From positions 1,120,001 through 1,184,000 of the forward strand of contig CAVWVQ010000003.1 of assembly GCA_963758525.1 (NCBI GenBank): 64,000 nucleotides of DNA. The letters are read 5' to 3'. This DNA is from an uncultured Phycisphaerales bacterium (GTDB lineage Bacteria > Planctomycetota > Phycisphaerae > Tepidisphaerales > Tepidisphaeraceae). This document shows, piece by piece, positions 29,976 to 41,353 of the stretch (its first letter is position 1; each line of letters opens with the position of its first letter). Below the pieces are notes generated by a model. That model was given only the letters and a program-made list of their open reading frames with translations. It ran no database searches and had not been told where the DNA came from. Made by a program: the position numbers and the translations under genes.

Positions 29976-32042
29976 TTGATCCGACGTAGCCTGCCAATCG
30001 TGATGTGTTCGCTGATTCTGTCGTTGTGCACGCCGGCAGTGCGCGCCGACACGCCCGCGACCGCACCGGCAAATGAGATCGAACAGGCGCTGAAAAGTCT
30101 CAAAACCGCGGACAAGGCAGGACGTGCCAGGATCTATGAACTGCTCACCGACAAGGGCGACGCCAGCCTCATTCCGGCACTGAATGCATACAAGAATGGC
30201 TCCCTCCAAATCACTGACAAGGGAGAGCTGGCGATCTACGGAGACCGCATCACCCTGCCAGATCTGGGCTCGGTGCTGCCGCTGGTCGACGCGCTGACGC
30301 AAAAGCCGGTTCTGGGGGATGACGGCAAACCCATTTATGCCGCGAAGCCCGATCTCTCCCATGCGATGCGCGCTCCGCCTCGGATGGAGCGGAATACCAT
30401 CAATGATCTGGTGACGTCTCTGTCGCTTCTGGATCCCAATCCGGTTGCAAGACTGCAGAGCATTCGCGATGTCTCGGAGCTGGCCAATCGCGTCTTCATC
30501 GACGAAGCCGATCAGCAGCGATTTTCTGACACGCTCAAGAATTGCTCCGACGCGTTAAAGCCGGCCGCCGCATCCGCACCGGCCGGACTAGCCGACGCGG
30601 AACACAACGCCATCACCGCGCTGGACGCCGCCGTGAACGAAAAGCAGGCAGATCTGCTGTCAACCGCCCCCAGCGCCAGCACCACCACCGCCGCGAAAAT
30701 TGCCCTGGTGCAACTGGCGGCCAAATTGAAGGAGGCCAACGCCTCGCCCGATCTGGCGGCGATTGTCACGACGACCGCCAATGCCGCGGCTGCATTTTCC
30801 GATCGTCTCGATCAGGAAGACAAAACCACCGATCAACTGAAAAAATACGGCGTCGCGCTGAAGCGGCAGCTCGATAAGGATCCGACCGGCCAATACTCCA
30901 AGGCCATCACCGAGGCCCTGGCCTGCATCAACGTCGGGATCGGCAATCACGACGAACGCCTCGCCGCCGCCAAAACCCTCGGCGATCTCGACACCAGCCG
31001 GGCGGCAAACGTGCTGGATAAAGTGGTTGCCTCGGCCCATCGCTGCGGCGATACCGATCTGGAAAAGGTCGCACAGAAATCCCTGGACGCGGCTCAGTCG
31101 TATCAGGGGCGCGTTCGCTTCGTCGAAAACACGTTTGCCGGACTCTCCGCCGCCAGCATCCTGATTTTGCTGGCGCTGGGCCTCTCCATCATTTTCGGAT
31201 TGATGGGCGTCATCAACATGGCTCACGGAGAGTTCATGATGGTGGGCGCGTTCACCACCTACCTGGTGAGCGAAGCCTTCAAGCGATGGCTCCCCGATGG
31301 TGCGTACAGCTATTACCTGATCGCCGCGGTTCCCGCCGCCTTTGCCGTCGCGGGCTTCATGGGCTTTGTCGTGGAGATGCTGGTGATCCGCCATCTTTAC
31401 GGCCGACCGCTGGATTCCCTGCTGGCAACCTGGGGCGTCGGGCTCGCGCTGATCTGGCTCGCCCGAAGGGAGTTCGGCGATACCCTCTCCGTCACTCCGC
31501 CGCGCTGGATGGAAGGCGGAGTTGAAGTCGCTCCCGACATGACGTTCCCGCTCAATCGCGTCTACATCATTGTTTTCTGCGTCATCTGCATTGTCACCGT
31601 CTACCTGCTGGTGAATCGCACAAAACTCGGCCTGCTGTTGCGTGCCACAACCCAAAACCGGGACATGGCCGCCGCTCTGGGAATTCCCACCCGCCGCGTC
31701 GACGGACTGACCTTCGCATTCGGCGCGGGCCTGGCGGGGCTGGCCGGCGTCGTCGTGCCGCTCTACAACAAGATCAATCCCAACATCGGACAGGAATACA
31801 TCGTCGACAGCTTCATGGTGGTCGTCACCGGCGGCGTCGGAAAGCTGGCCGGCGTCATCTGGGCGGGACTTGGGCTGGGGTTCCTCAACAAATATCTCGA
31901 AGCGCTGCTGGGGAACATTCCCGCACTCGCATCGGGCGCTTCAGTTGTCGGCAAAGTGATCGTGCTGATCTGCATTGTGATCTTCCTCCAATGGCGGCCG
32001 TCCGGGTTGTTCCCGCCGAAAGGAAGAATGTCAGATGCCTGA
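29976..32042 (+). CDS. urtB: Urea ABC transporter permease with long N-terminal periplasmic helical domain
   Basis: FGLMGVINMAHGEF, YGRPLDSLLATWG, YIVDSFMVVVTGGVG. Confidence 0.92.
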   Translation: MIRRSLPIVMCSLILSLCTPAVRADTPATAPANEIEQALKSLKTADKAGRARIYELLTDKGDASLIPALNAYKNGSLQITDKGELAIYGDRITLPDLGSVLPLVDALTQKPVLGDDGKPIYAAKPDLSHAMRAPPRMERNTINDLVTSLSLLDPNPVARLQSIRDVSELANRVFIDEADQQRFSDTLKNCSDALKPAAASAPAGLADAEHNAITALDAAVNEKQADLLSTAPSASTTTAAKIALVQLAAKLKEANASPDLAAIVTTTANAAAAFSDRLDQEDKTTDQLKKYGVALKRQLDKDPTGQYSKAITEALACINVGIGNHDERLAAAKTLGDLDTSRAANVLDKVVASAHRCGDTDLEKVAQKSLDAAQSYQGRVRFVENTFAGLSAASILILLALGLSIIFGLMGVINMAHGEFMMVGAFTTYLVSEAFKRWLPDGAYSYYLIAAVPAAFAVAGFMGFVVEMLVIRHLYGRPLDSLLATWGVGLALIWLARREFGDTLSVTPPRWMEGGVEVAPDMTFPLNRVYIIVFCVICIVTVYLLVNRTKLGLLLRATTQNRDMAAALGIPTRRVDGLTFAFGAGLAGLAGVVVPLYNKINPNIGQEYIVDSFMVVVTGGVGKLAGVIWAGLGLGFLNKYLEALLGNIPALASGASVVGKVIVLICIVIFLQWRPSGLFPPKGRMSDA

Positions 32043-33447
32043 GCTGGTCGAGCCCGTAACACCTTCGCAGAAGGCATTCGCGACGTCCAAAACGTTTCTC
32101 GCCCGGGCGCCGCATCCCGATGTCTTCCGTCTCCGCGCCGTCGTCGTCGCCGGCCTGCTGCTCTTCTTTTTCGTCGGAGTCCCGATTTTGGATCGTGCCG
32201 GGCTCGTCGAGGATTACAAGGTCAACATCCTGGGCAAATATCTGTCGTTTGCGATTCTCGCCCTGGGCATCGACCTGATCTGGGGCTACACCGGACTTCT
32301 CTCTCTCTGCCAGGCCCTGTTCTTCTGCATGGGCGGGTACATCATGGCGATGCACCTGAGCCTGCCGCAGGGCGGCGGCGACGTGCGCCCTGAGTACAAC
32401 AACATTCCGCAGTTCATGTTTTTCAACAACGTGAAAGAGCTTCCGATGTTCTGGAAGCCGTTCGCGTCGATGCCTGTCACGCTGCTCGCCGGGCTCACGC
32501 TGCCGGCGCTGGCCGGTGCGCTGTTTGGCTTCTTTATCCTCCGCAGCCGCGTGCGCGGCGTCTACTTTTCCATCGTCACGCAGGCGCTCGCCTGGGCGGC
32601 GTTCCTGCTCATCAGCCGCAATGAAATGTTGCTGGGCGGAACAAACGGACTCACTAACTTTTACAAGCCAATGATGCAGGCCCGCGGCTGGATCATCGGG
32701 CTCTACCTGCTGACGCTGACGATGGTCGTGCTCGCGTATCTGCTGTGCCGAGCCATCGTTCGCTCGCGGCTGGGGCGCGTGCTGGTGGCGATTCGCGACA
32801 AGGAAACGCGTCTCTATTTCGCGGGATACAAGCCATACGTGTTCAAAGTTTTCGCGTTTGCCGTTGCCGCGATGCTCGGTGGAATCGGCGGGATGCTCTA
32901 TTCCCCGCAGGTCGGAATCATCACCCCGCAGAACATGAGCGTGGAAGAATCGATCTTCATGGTCGTCTGGGTTGCCCTGGGCGGCCGAGGCAAGCTGTGG
33001 GGATCGGTCTTTGGCGCACTGCTCGTTCTGGTTGCCCGCAGTTCGCTCACCTCCGACCTTTCCGGCGCGTGGATGGTCGTGCTGGGAATGACCGCGATCT
33101 GCGCGGTGCTGCTCTTCCCGGAGGGATTCGTGGGCCTCTGGGCGAAACTCGAACGGCAGATCACGATCGGCGAACCTTTTGGACGCATCGCAACGACGAC
33201 CATACCGATCATCGCCGTCTCTGTTTTCGTCCTCGCTGAAGTGTTGGGCGTCACGCCAAGATTTTTGCAGGAGCACGCTCCCCTTGCCCTGCCGCTCAAA
33301 TACTGGCTGATGATTCTCGTGCTGGTGACCGCCGGGATATTGAACTACGTCCAGGCGAAAAATGACAAATTCGCCGCCAAAGCCCGCGGCTTTGCCGTGG
33401 ATCCCGCCGAGTCCACGGCCGAAGTCGTCGGAACAGGAAAAGCATAA
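32035..33447 (+). CDS. urtC: Urea ABC transporter permease
   Basis: DLIWGYTGLLSL, RVRGVYFSIVTQAL, WVALGGRG. Confidence 0.92.
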   Translation: MPELVEPVTPSQKAFATSKTFLARAPHPDVFRLRAVVVAGLLLFFFVGVPILDRAGLVEDYKVNILGKYLSFAILALGIDLIWGYTGLLSLCQALFFCMGGYIMAMHLSLPQGGGDVRPEYNNIPQFMFFNNVKELPMFWKPFASMPVTLLAGLTLPALAGALFGFFILRSRVRGVYFSIVTQALAWAAFLLISRNEMLLGGTNGLTNFYKPMMQARGWIIGLYLLTLTMVVLAYLLCRAIVRSRLGRVLVAIRDKETRLYFAGYKPYVFKVFAFAVAAMLGGIGGMLYSPQVGIITPQNMSVEESIFMVVWVALGGRGKLWGSVFGALLVLVARSSLTSDLSGAWMVVLGMTAICAVLLFPEGFVGLWAKLERQITIGEPFGRIATTTIPIIAVSVFVLAEVLGVTPRFLQEHAPLALPLKYWLMILVLVTAGILNYVQAKNDKFAAKARGFAVDPAESTAEVVGTGKA

Positions 33448-33449
33448 CC

Positions 33450-34217
33450 ATGCCCCACCCGGCCGAGCGCACGACATCCGCTGACACGCCAATGGTCGCG
33501 CTCACCGACGTCGTCGTGTCGTTCGACGGTTTCAAGGCCCTGAACATCAATTCGTTTGTCGTGCCGCAAAATCAGCTTCGCGTCGTGATCGGTCCCAACG
33601 GCGCGGGCAAGACGACCATGTGCGACGTGATCAGCGGCAAGACGCGCTCCGCATCCGGCAAAGTCGAGGTCAACGGGGTGGACGTCACACGCATGGCCGA
33701 CGTGGAGATCGCGCGGCTGGGCGTCGGCCGGAAATTTCAAACTCCGACGATCTTCGACAGCCTCACCGTGTACGAAAACATGGAACTGGCTCTGCCGGGC
33801 CGGCGCGGGATCTGGAAAAACCTGATCGGCCAGGAATCCGCCGCACAGCGCGATGCAATTCTGGCGATTCTCGAACGGGTTCATCTGATCTCCGATCTGT
33901 ACACCCCGGCCAAATATCTGAGCCACGGCCAGCGGCAATGGCTGGAAATCAGCATGCTGATCATCGCCGAGCCCAAGCTGCTGCTGGTGGATGAGCCGGC
34001 GGCGGGATTGACCGACAAGGAAACCGAGCTGACTGCCGAATTGCTCAACGAACTGAAAGGGCGTCACACGCTGATCGTGATCGAGCACGACATGGATTTC
34101 GTCCGCCGGCTCAACACGCAGGTGACCGTGCTGGATAACGGCCAGGTGCTCGCCGACGGATCGCTCGCCGAAGTGCAGGCCAACCCCGCTGTCATCGAAG
34201 CTTACCTGGGACGCTGA
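33450..34217 (+). CDS. urtD: Urea ABC transporter ATP-binding protein
   Basis: SFDGFKAL, GPNGAGKTT, LSHGQRQWLEI, VIEAYLGR. Confidence 0.94.
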   Translation: MPHPAERTTSADTPMVALTDVVVSFDGFKALNINSFVVPQNQLRVVIGPNGAGKTTMCDVISGKTRSASGKVEVNGVDVTRMADVEIARLGVGRKFQTPTIFDSLTVYENMELALPGRRGIWKNLIGQESAAQRDAILAILERVHLISDLYTPAKYLSHGQRQWLEISMLIIAEPKLLLVDEPAAGLTDKETELTAELLNELKGRHTLIVIEHDMDFVRRLNTQVTVLDNGQVLADGSLAEVQANPAVIEAYLGR

Positions 34218-34219
34218 TC

Positions 34220-34915
34220 ATGCTCGCAATCGAACATCTCTCCTTCTCCTACGGCATGGTGCAGGCGCTGCACGATCTGACGATGGAAATGCCGCAGGGC
34301 AAAGTCACCTGCGTGATGGGCCGCAACGGCGTCGGCAAAACCACGCTCATGAAAAACATCATGGGGCTGCTGAAGCAATCCTCCGGAAACGTGACGCTCG
34401 GAGACAAGGTGGTCAGCGGGCTGGCGGCGCATCAGCGCGCCAAGGCCGGCATTGCCCTGGTTCCGCAGGGCCGGCAGATTTTTCCGAAACTGACCGTTGC
34501 CGAGAATCTGAAAGTAGGCCTCGAAGCCCGCACCGATGGCGTAAAGACTCCGCCGGAGGAATTGTTCGAGTTGTTTCCCATTTTGAAGACCATGTCGAAG
34601 CGCATGGGCGGCGATCTGTCCGGCGGCCAGCAGCAGCAGCTTGCCATCGCCCGCGCGCTGGCCGGCGATCCGAAGGTGCTGCTGCTCGATGAGCCGACGG
34701 AAGGGATTCAGCCCAATATCATCCAGCAGATCGGCCATGTCTTGCGGAAGCTCGTGACGGAAAAGAACATGACGATCGTGCTCGTCGAGCAGTACCTCGA
34801 TTTTGTCCGCGAGTTCGGCCATCGCTTCTACGTGATGAACCGCGGCCGGGTGGTGGCACAGGGAAACACGGAGGAATTGAACGCGGATATCGTCAATAAG
34901 CATTTGAGCGTGTAG
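34220..34915 (+). CDS. urtE: Urea ABC transporter ATP-binding protein
   Basis: GRNGVGKTT, LSGGQQQQLAIARAL, DEPTEGIQPNII. Confidence 0.94.
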   Translation: MLAIEHLSFSYGMVQALHDLTMEMPQGKVTCVMGRNGVGKTTLMKNIMGLLKQSSGNVTLGDKVVSGLAAHQRAKAGIALVPQGRQIFPKLTVAENLKVGLEARTDGVKTPPEELFELFPILKTMSKRMGGDLSGGQQQQLAIARALAGDPKVLLLDEPTEGIQPNIIQQIGHVLRKLVTEKNMTIVLVEQYLDFVREFGHRFYVMNRGRVVAQGNTEELNADIVNKHLSV

Positions 34916-34916
34916 A

Positions 34917-35240
34917 TCGGCCTCGCTTGCGGAGTACCGGAAGCGAGGCCGATTTAAACGGTGTTGCTGCGCGGTGAAGCGGCGCTCATGTAGGGCGGGA
35001 TTTATCCCGCCGTGTTTTGCGGCAATGCCGAACGAAGGCGGGATGAATCCCGCCCTACGCTCTTCCGGAGTACCGGAAGCGAGGCCGATTTAAACGGTGT
35101 TGCTGCTCGCAGCCGCGGATGTACATCCGCGGCTTCCTTACGCGAAGCCGCGAGCGGAGAACGCGGGGATCATGCTTTATTGTGGTGCAGGCTTCCAGCC
35201 TGCTTTCCGAATTTAGCGGGCTGGAAGCCTGCACCACAAT
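34917..35240. repeat. Mosaic of palindromes: 41-bp direct repeats bracketing a GTAG REPIN, plus a TGTGGTGCAGGCTTCCAGCC doublet
   Basis: CGGAGTACCGGAAGCGAGGCCGATTTAAACGGTGTTGCTGC at 34930-34970 and 35066-35106; REPIN 34990-35058; inverted pair ~35180-35240. Confidence 0.85.
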
Positions 35241-35258
35241 GAGAGTAGATGAGGGCGC

Positions 35259-36191
35259 ATGGCGAGCGTGCTGGAAATTCCAAATCACCCTCTCCCCAGC
35301 CCTCTCCCCCACGACCGGGAGAGGGAGCAGGAAGTCAGTCGGCCCCATAAGACCACCTCCCGTCCCGGCGCTGGTTTTGTGACGTTCACGCGCGTCGGCC
35401 CGCATACCGCCGTCACCCGCGCCCGCGCAGAGCCCGCTGAAGCTTCTTTGCCCGCGCGGCGCCGGGCCGAGCGCCTGGGTTTTCACCAGCAACTACGGCG
35501 GCGGACTCGTCTCGGGCGACCATGTCCGCCTGCGGGTCCATGCGGGCGAACAGACTACCTGCCTGCTCAGCACGCAGGCGTCGACGAAAGTTTATCGCAG
35601 CACCTCCTCAAGCGGCGCTGGTCAGTCGATCGTTGCCCGCGTTGACGCCGGGGCGTTGTGCATCGTCGGCCCGGATCCGGTCGCCTGTTTTGCCAATGCA
35701 CGATTCGAGCAGCGGCAGCAGTTTCATCTCGATGAAAACGCATCGCTCGTGCTCATCGACTCGCTCACCAGCGGCCGACTCGCCCATGGCGAACGCTGGG
35801 CGTTCTCCCGCTATCGCAGTGCAAACGAGATCTTCCTGGGAGACCGCCGCATCTTCCGCGACACGTTGCTCCTCGATCCGCTCGACGGCCCGCTCGAGCA
35901 CCCCCAACGGCTTGGCCGTTTCGATTGCCTCGCGATGGCGTTGCTCATCGGCCCGCGCGTGCTTTCGGCAGCCGAAACATTGCTCTCGTCAATCTCCGCC
36001 CAACCGCCAGGCGTCGGTCGCCAAACCGGACTGCTCATCTCCGCCAGTCCGCTGCGCGTCGATGGACAGGCGCGCGGCGCAGTGCTCCGGATCGCGGGCG
36101 CAGCGCCCAATCCGTCAACCGATTCCTCCACGCGCAACTGGAATTTCTCGTTCAACTCCTTGGCGAAGACCCCTGGAAACGAAAGTGGTGA
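35259..36191 (+). CDS. ureD: Urease accessory protein UreD (two apparent frameshifts, ~35430 and ~36105)
   Basis: PLKLLCP...AWVFTSNYGGGLVSGD...STQASTKVYRS...PDPVACFANARFEQ...SGRLAHGERW; terminal LLGEDPWKRKW is in another frame. Confidence 0.85.
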
Positions 36192-36197
36192 ACCGTC

Positions 36198-36953
36198 ATG
36201 CATCTGGCCCCGCGCGATATCGACAAGCTTCTGCTTCACAACGCCGGCGTCCTTGCGCAAAAGCGCCTCGCCCGCGGAACCCGGCTCAATTACCCCGAGA
36301 GCGTCGCGCTGATCGCGGCGCAGGTGCTCGAATTCATTCGCGACGGGCGAAGCGTCGCCGAGCTGATGGATATGGGCCGGCGCTTCCTCGGCCGCCGGCA
36401 GGTGATGGCGGGCGTTCCGGAGATGGTCGCCGAGGTGCAGGTCGAGGGAACGTTTCCCGACGGCACCAAGCTCGTCACGGTGCATCATCCCATTGCCGCC
36501 GAAAATGGGGACATGGAACTGGCCCTCTATGGGAGTTTTCTTCCCGTGCCTCCGTTAACGCTGTTTGATGAGAAGGAGGATGCGATTCTTCCGGGCGAAT
36601 GCCTGACCCCTGATGGTGAAATCGCGCTCAATGCAACGCGCGAAACCGTCGATCTCTCCGTCACCAACACCGGCGATCGCCCGATTCAGGTCGGGAGCCA
36701 TTACCACTTCATCGAGACCAACGCCGCCCTGCAGTTCGATCGCGGCAAAGCCTATGGCAAGCGGCTGGATATCCCCGCGGGAATGGCCGTGCGATTTGAG
36801 CCGGGCGATACGAAAACAGTGACACTCGTTTCCATCGCCGGGAACCAGGTGATCCGCGGCGGAAATAATCTCGCGGACGGGCCGGTGACGGAAGAGGGAC
36901 GCGCTCGCGCGATTGAAAAAGCGGGAGCCGCCGGATTTGGAAACACTGTTTGA
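36198..36953 (+). CDS. ureA: Urease fused gamma/beta subunit
   Basis: [20 protein letters not shown]...[15 protein letters not shown] (gamma) and [15 protein letters not shown]...RFEPG (beta) in one ORF. Confidence 0.95.
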   Translation: MHLAPRDIDKLLLHNAGVLAQKRLARGTRLNYPESVALIAAQVLEFIRDGRSVAELMDMGRRFLGRRQVMAGVPEMVAEVQVEGTFPDGTKLVTVHHPIAAENGDMELALYGSFLPVPPLTLFDEKEDAILPGECLTPDGEIALNATRETVDLSVTNTGDRPIQVGSHYHFIETNAALQFDRGKAYGKRLDIPAGMAVRFEPGDTKTVTLVSIAGNQVIRGGNNLADGPVTEEGRARAIEKAGAAGFGNTV

Positions 36954-37050
36954 TCGGCGCTAAGACGCCGTTGCATTACCCCCTCTCCCGGTACGCCGGG
37001 AAAGGGGGAGATCTATTCCAGGGGAGGGAGAAAGAGGAACGGAAAACGCC

Positions 37051-38766
37051 ATGCCCCATCGAATTTCCCGGCACTCTTACGCCGACATCTACGGCCCCAC
37101 CACCGGCGACCGTCTTCGCCTCGGTGACACATCCCTCATCCTCGAGGTCGAAAAAGACTTCGCCGTCTACGGTGACGAATGCAAATTCGGCGGCGGGAAA
37201 ACCATTCGCGAAGGAATGGGCCAGGCCGCGGGCGTCTCGCAGAAACAGGCGCTGGACTGCGTCATCACCAACGCGCTGATCGTCGATTACACCGGCATCT
37301 ACAAAGCCGACGTCGGCATCAAGAACGGGCTGATTCACGCCATCGGCAAAGCCGGGAATCCGGATGTCATGGCCGGCGTGCATCCTGACCTGATCATCGG
37401 CGTGACCACCGAAGTCATCGCCGGCGAGGGGCTGATCCTCACCGCCGGCGGGATCGACACGCACATCCATTACATCTGCCCGCAGCAGGCGTACGAAGCC
37501 ATCGCCGCCGGTCTGACCACCATGGTCGGAGGCGGCACAGGGCCAGCCACCGGGACCTGCGCCACGACATGCACGCCGGGAGCGCATCACCTGGAGCTCA
37601 TGCTCCAGGCGACCGACGCCCTGCCGTTGAACTTCGGATTCACCGGAAAGGGAAACACGTCGCTGCCCGAGGGTCTTGCCGATCAGATTATCGGCGGCGC
37701 GATCGGCCTGAAGCTGCACGAAGACTGGGGAACCAGCCCGGCGGCAATTGACTGCTGCCTGAGCGTCGCCGAGCAATACGACGTTCAGGTGGCGATCCAT
37801 ACCGACACGTTGAATGAGTCGGGTTTTGTCGAGGCGTCGATCGCCGCGTTCAAGGGCCGCACGATTCACACGTATCATTCCGAAGGAGCCGGCGGAGGGC
37901 ACGCCCCCGACATCCTTCGCGTCTGCGGCGAGCCGAACGTGCTACCGAGTTCGACGAATCCGACCCGGCCGTACACCGTCAACACGCTCGACGAACATCT
38001 CGACATGCTGATGGTCTGCCATCACCTCGATCCCAATTTGCCGGAGGACGTTGCCTTCGCGGAAAGCCGGATTCGCGGCGAGACGATCGCCGCCGAGGAC
38101 ATTCTTCACGACCTGGGCGCCATCAGCATCATCAGCTCCGATTCGCAGGCGATGGGCCGGATCGGCGAGGTCATCACCCGCACCTGGCAAACCGCGGACA
38201 AAATGCGCTCCCAGCGCGGCACGCTGCCCGGCGAAACCGCCGGCAACGACAACCTGCGCATTCGCCGATACATCGCCAAGTACACCATCAATCCCGCCAT
38301 CGCCCACGGCTTCGGGCATCTGGTCGGCTCCATCGAGCCGGGAAAGCTCGCGGATCTGGTCCTCTGGAAACCCGCATTCTTCGGCTCGCGCCCGGAAATG
38401 GTGATCAAGGGCGGCTTCATCGCCTGGTCGCAGATGGGCGATCCCAACGCCTCGATCCCGACTCCGCAACCCGTCTACATGCGTCCCATGTTTGGAAGCT
38501 TCGGCCGAGCCGTCGGTCCGACGTCGCTCGCCCTCGTCAGCGCCGCGTCGCTGGAGAGCGGCACCGTCCAACAATATGGGCTGACAAAACGGATTGCGCC
38601 GGTAAAGAACTGCCGCAACATCGGGAAGAAGGACCTCAAGCTCAATGACGCCACGCCGAAGATCCAGGTCGACGCGGAAACGTATCACGTCACCGCCGAC
38701 GGCGTCCACCTCACCTGCGAACCGTCGGCTCGCTTGCCGCTGGCGCAGCGATACAGTTTGTTTTGA
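37051..38766 (+). CDS. ureC: Urease alpha subunit
   Basis: [52 protein letters not shown]; all Ni ligands present. Confidence 0.98.
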   Translation: MPHRISRHSYADIYGPTTGDRLRLGDTSLILEVEKDFAVYGDECKFGGGKTIREGMGQAAGVSQKQALDCVITNALIVDYTGIYKADVGIKNGLIHAIGKAGNPDVMAGVHPDLIIGVTTEVIAGEGLILTAGGIDTHIHYICPQQAYEAIAAGLTTMVGGGTGPATGTCATTCTPGAHHLELMLQATDALPLNFGFTGKGNTSLPEGLADQIIGGAIGLKLHEDWGTSPAAIDCCLSVAEQYDVQVAIHTDTLNESGFVEASIAAFKGRTIHTYHSEGAGGGHAPDILRVCGEPNVLPSSTNPTRPYTVNTLDEHLDMLMVCHHLDPNLPEDVAFAESRIRGETIAAEDILHDLGAISIISSDSQAMGRIGEVITRTWQTADKMRSQRGTLPGETAGNDNLRIRRYIAKYTINPAIAHGFGHLVGSIEPGKLADLVLWKPAFFGSRPEMVIKGGFIAWSQMGDPNASIPTPQPVYMRPMFGSFGRAVGPTSLALVSAASLESGTVQQYGLTKRIAPVKNCRNIGKKDLKLNDATPKIQVDAETYHVTADGVHLTCEPSARLPLAQRYSLF

Positions 38767-38899
38767 GTCTTGTCGCGTTCCTCGTGCAGCCGCCGTGCTT
38801 GTTCGCAGTCTTTGGCGCAGCGGCAGAGCTTGTTTTGAGCCTTGCGGCATCGACGGTATCCTTCTTTTCAGCAACTCTGTTGTTTCCAGGAGATGACCT

Positions 38900-39190
38900 T
38901 TGACCACCGACACGAATCCCGATCCCGCCCACTCCGCCCCTGCATCGCGCACGCCTGAAGAAGTCTTCAACGCTCGCCTGGGCATCGGGCTGTTCTTTGT
39001 TTACCTCGCGATCTATGCCGGCTTCGTGCTGCTCAGCGCATTCAGCCCTGACGCGATGGGCAAGCCGGTCAGCTTCCTCGGGGGGCTCAATGTGGCCATT
39101 GTGTACGGGATGGGATTGATCCTGGCGGCGCTGGTTTTGGCGGCTGTTTACATCATCGCGTGCAAGCCGGTGACGGAGGAGTCCAAGTGA
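38900..39190 (+). CDS. DUF485 (YjcH-like) membrane protein
   Basis: 2 TM, NARLGIGLF..YLAIYAGFVLL..GLNVAIVYG; directly upstream of an ActP-type symporter. Confidence 0.8.
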   Translation: MTTDTNPDPAHSAPASRTPEEVFNARLGIGLFFVYLAIYAGFVLLSAFSPDAMGKPVSFLGGLNVAIVYGMGLILAALVLAAVYIIACKPVTEESK

Positions 39191-41353
39191 GCCAGGTCGA
39201 TCCGCTTGCCGTGTTTGTCTTCCTTGTGCTGGTCGGCGCGGTGCTGGCCATCAGTTTTTACATGGGATCCCGGGCCCGCGACGCGCGCGGATATTTCGCG
39301 GCTCACGGTGAAATACACTGGTTCGTGAACGGCGTCGCGTTCGCGGGAGACTATCTCTCGGCGGCGTCGTTCCTGGGCATCTGCGGGATGATTGCCTTTT
39401 ACGGCTACGACGGGTTTCTCTATTCAATCGGATTTCTCGCCGGCTGGGTGGTGGCGCTGTTTGTCATCGCCGAGCCGCTCAAGCGCCTGGGCCGGTTCAC
39501 GTTTGCCGACGCTCTGGACAATCGATTTCAGTCGCGCGGCATCAAGCTCAGCGCGGCGATCAGCACGCTGCTCGTGAGCCTGTTCTATCTGATTCCGCAG
39601 ATGGTCGGCGCCGTGCGCTCGTCCGTCCGCTGCTGGGATGGGAGCACTGGGCGGGCGTCCTGCTCGTCGGCGTGATCGTGACGATCATCGTCGTGACCGC
39701 AGGAATGGTTTCCACCACCTGGGTGCAGTTCATCAAGGGGTCGCTGCTGGTCTTCTTCTGCGCGATTCTGACCGTCATGATTCTCAACCGCGGGTTGACC
39801 GTCAATGCGGCGCCCTCCAACGGCACATTCACGGCGATTCCGCCCGGGCGCAGCCAGTCACTCCAGCGCCCTCCGCTGCCAAGCCCGCTGCGCCGCCGCC
39901 GAAATTTTTTGCGATCTCCCAGCCCGATGGATCGGTGCAGATCTGGCGGGAATCGGCTGGGAAAATCGACCGGCTTCGCAGCGTGACCGTCGCGTCCGAT
40001 GAATCAAAGCATTTCGCCGGATTCGCTGACGGCGAAGATCCGAAGAAGTTTTCTCCGACCAGCCGGGTGGCGGAATTGCCCGGGAAGATCAGCGAAACCG
40101 GCTCGATGGGTCCGATCAAGTATCTTGCAACGGTCCAAAACAGCGTCATGCAGTTCTGGTCATCGGAGAAATTCAGCACGCCCGCAGGCCAGACCACCGC
40201 CTACATTCCCCGCACCGCAGCCGGGACCAAGCTGCTGACGCCCGGCGGAAGTCCGACCTTTAAAGGAGTGCGGAGCCCCAAGTTCACCGACAAGCTCGAC
40301 TTTATCTCCCTCATGCTCGCGCTTTTCGGCGGCACCGCTTCGCTGCCTCACATCCTCATTCGCTATTACACGGTGAAAGATCAGGCGGCGGCCCGTAAGA
40401 GCACCGTCACCGGTATCGCGGCGATCGGGTTCTTTTACGTCCTCACTCTCTATCTGGGTCTTGGCGCGATGACCAGCGGCTCACTCGATGTGACCGTCGC
40501 GGCGAACAGCAATCTGGCCGCCCCGCTGCTCGCTAAGACATACGGCAGATTTCTCTTCGCCGTGATCTCCGCCATTGCATTCACCACGGTTCTCGGAACC
40601 GTCAGCGGTCTGATCATGGCTGCCAGCGGCGCGGTGGCGCACGACATCATGACCAACATCATGAAGATCCAGATGGACGATCGCGACAAAGTCCGCGCCG
40701 GAAAAATCGCCGCCGTTTTCGTCGGCGGCGCAGCGATGGTCCTCGGCATCGTCTTCAAAGACCTCAACGCCGGATTCCTGGTCGGCTGGGCGTTCAACGT
40801 CGCCGCCTCGGCAAATCTCCCGGCACTGATCATGCTCCTGTTCTGGCGTCGCACTACCAAGCAGGGCATTACCGCCGCCATCACGGTCGGCCTGCTCTCC
40901 AGCCTGATCTGGCTGCTGCTCAGCGCCCCCGCCTATCAATACGTGTATAAGCTCCCCCCCGCCAACGCGATCGTGCCCTTCAGCCAACCAGGAATCGTGA
41001 CAATCCCGCTGGGGTTTGCGGTGCTGGTTGTCGTCTCGTTGCTCACGCCATTACCGGTGCTTCGAAGCGAGGAATTCTCAGGGAGAATAACTGAGTCCAG
41101 ATTTGCAGCGGTTGGAGTTGTGCGCGTAATTGGATTGATCGTAGGCTACCCTACGAGCTATTTTTTTCAGCCAGGAGCTCTTCGGGCAAAGCTGTCCCTT
41201 ACGCAATACGTCCAGCATATTAGCGACGTGTTTAACAGCAAGGATTTAGTGGGAACGGCGATCGGAGTCTGGATTGGGTGTGTCATCATATTTTCGCTGC
41301 TTGGCCTGATGCTCAGCTTGGCAGCCAATTCGAGAAGGGACAGCAAACCGTGA
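39187..41353 (+). CDS. actP: Cation/acetate symporter (SSS family), apparent frameshifts ~39610 and ~39850, atypical C-terminal extension
   Basis: FAGDYLSAASFLG, YLIPQMVGA, GMVSTTWVQFIKG, GTASLPHILIRYYTV, AASANLP. Confidence 0.82.

Noticed and set aside
31885..33492. Long antisense ORFs (this one and similar ones opposite most genes)
   Set aside because: Expected shadow frames in high-GC coding DNA; no motifs.
36954..37050. Single-chain urease broken by sequencing error
   Set aside because: There is a clear stop at 36951-36953, a REP hairpin in the gap, and a purine-rich RBS region before the ureC ATG.
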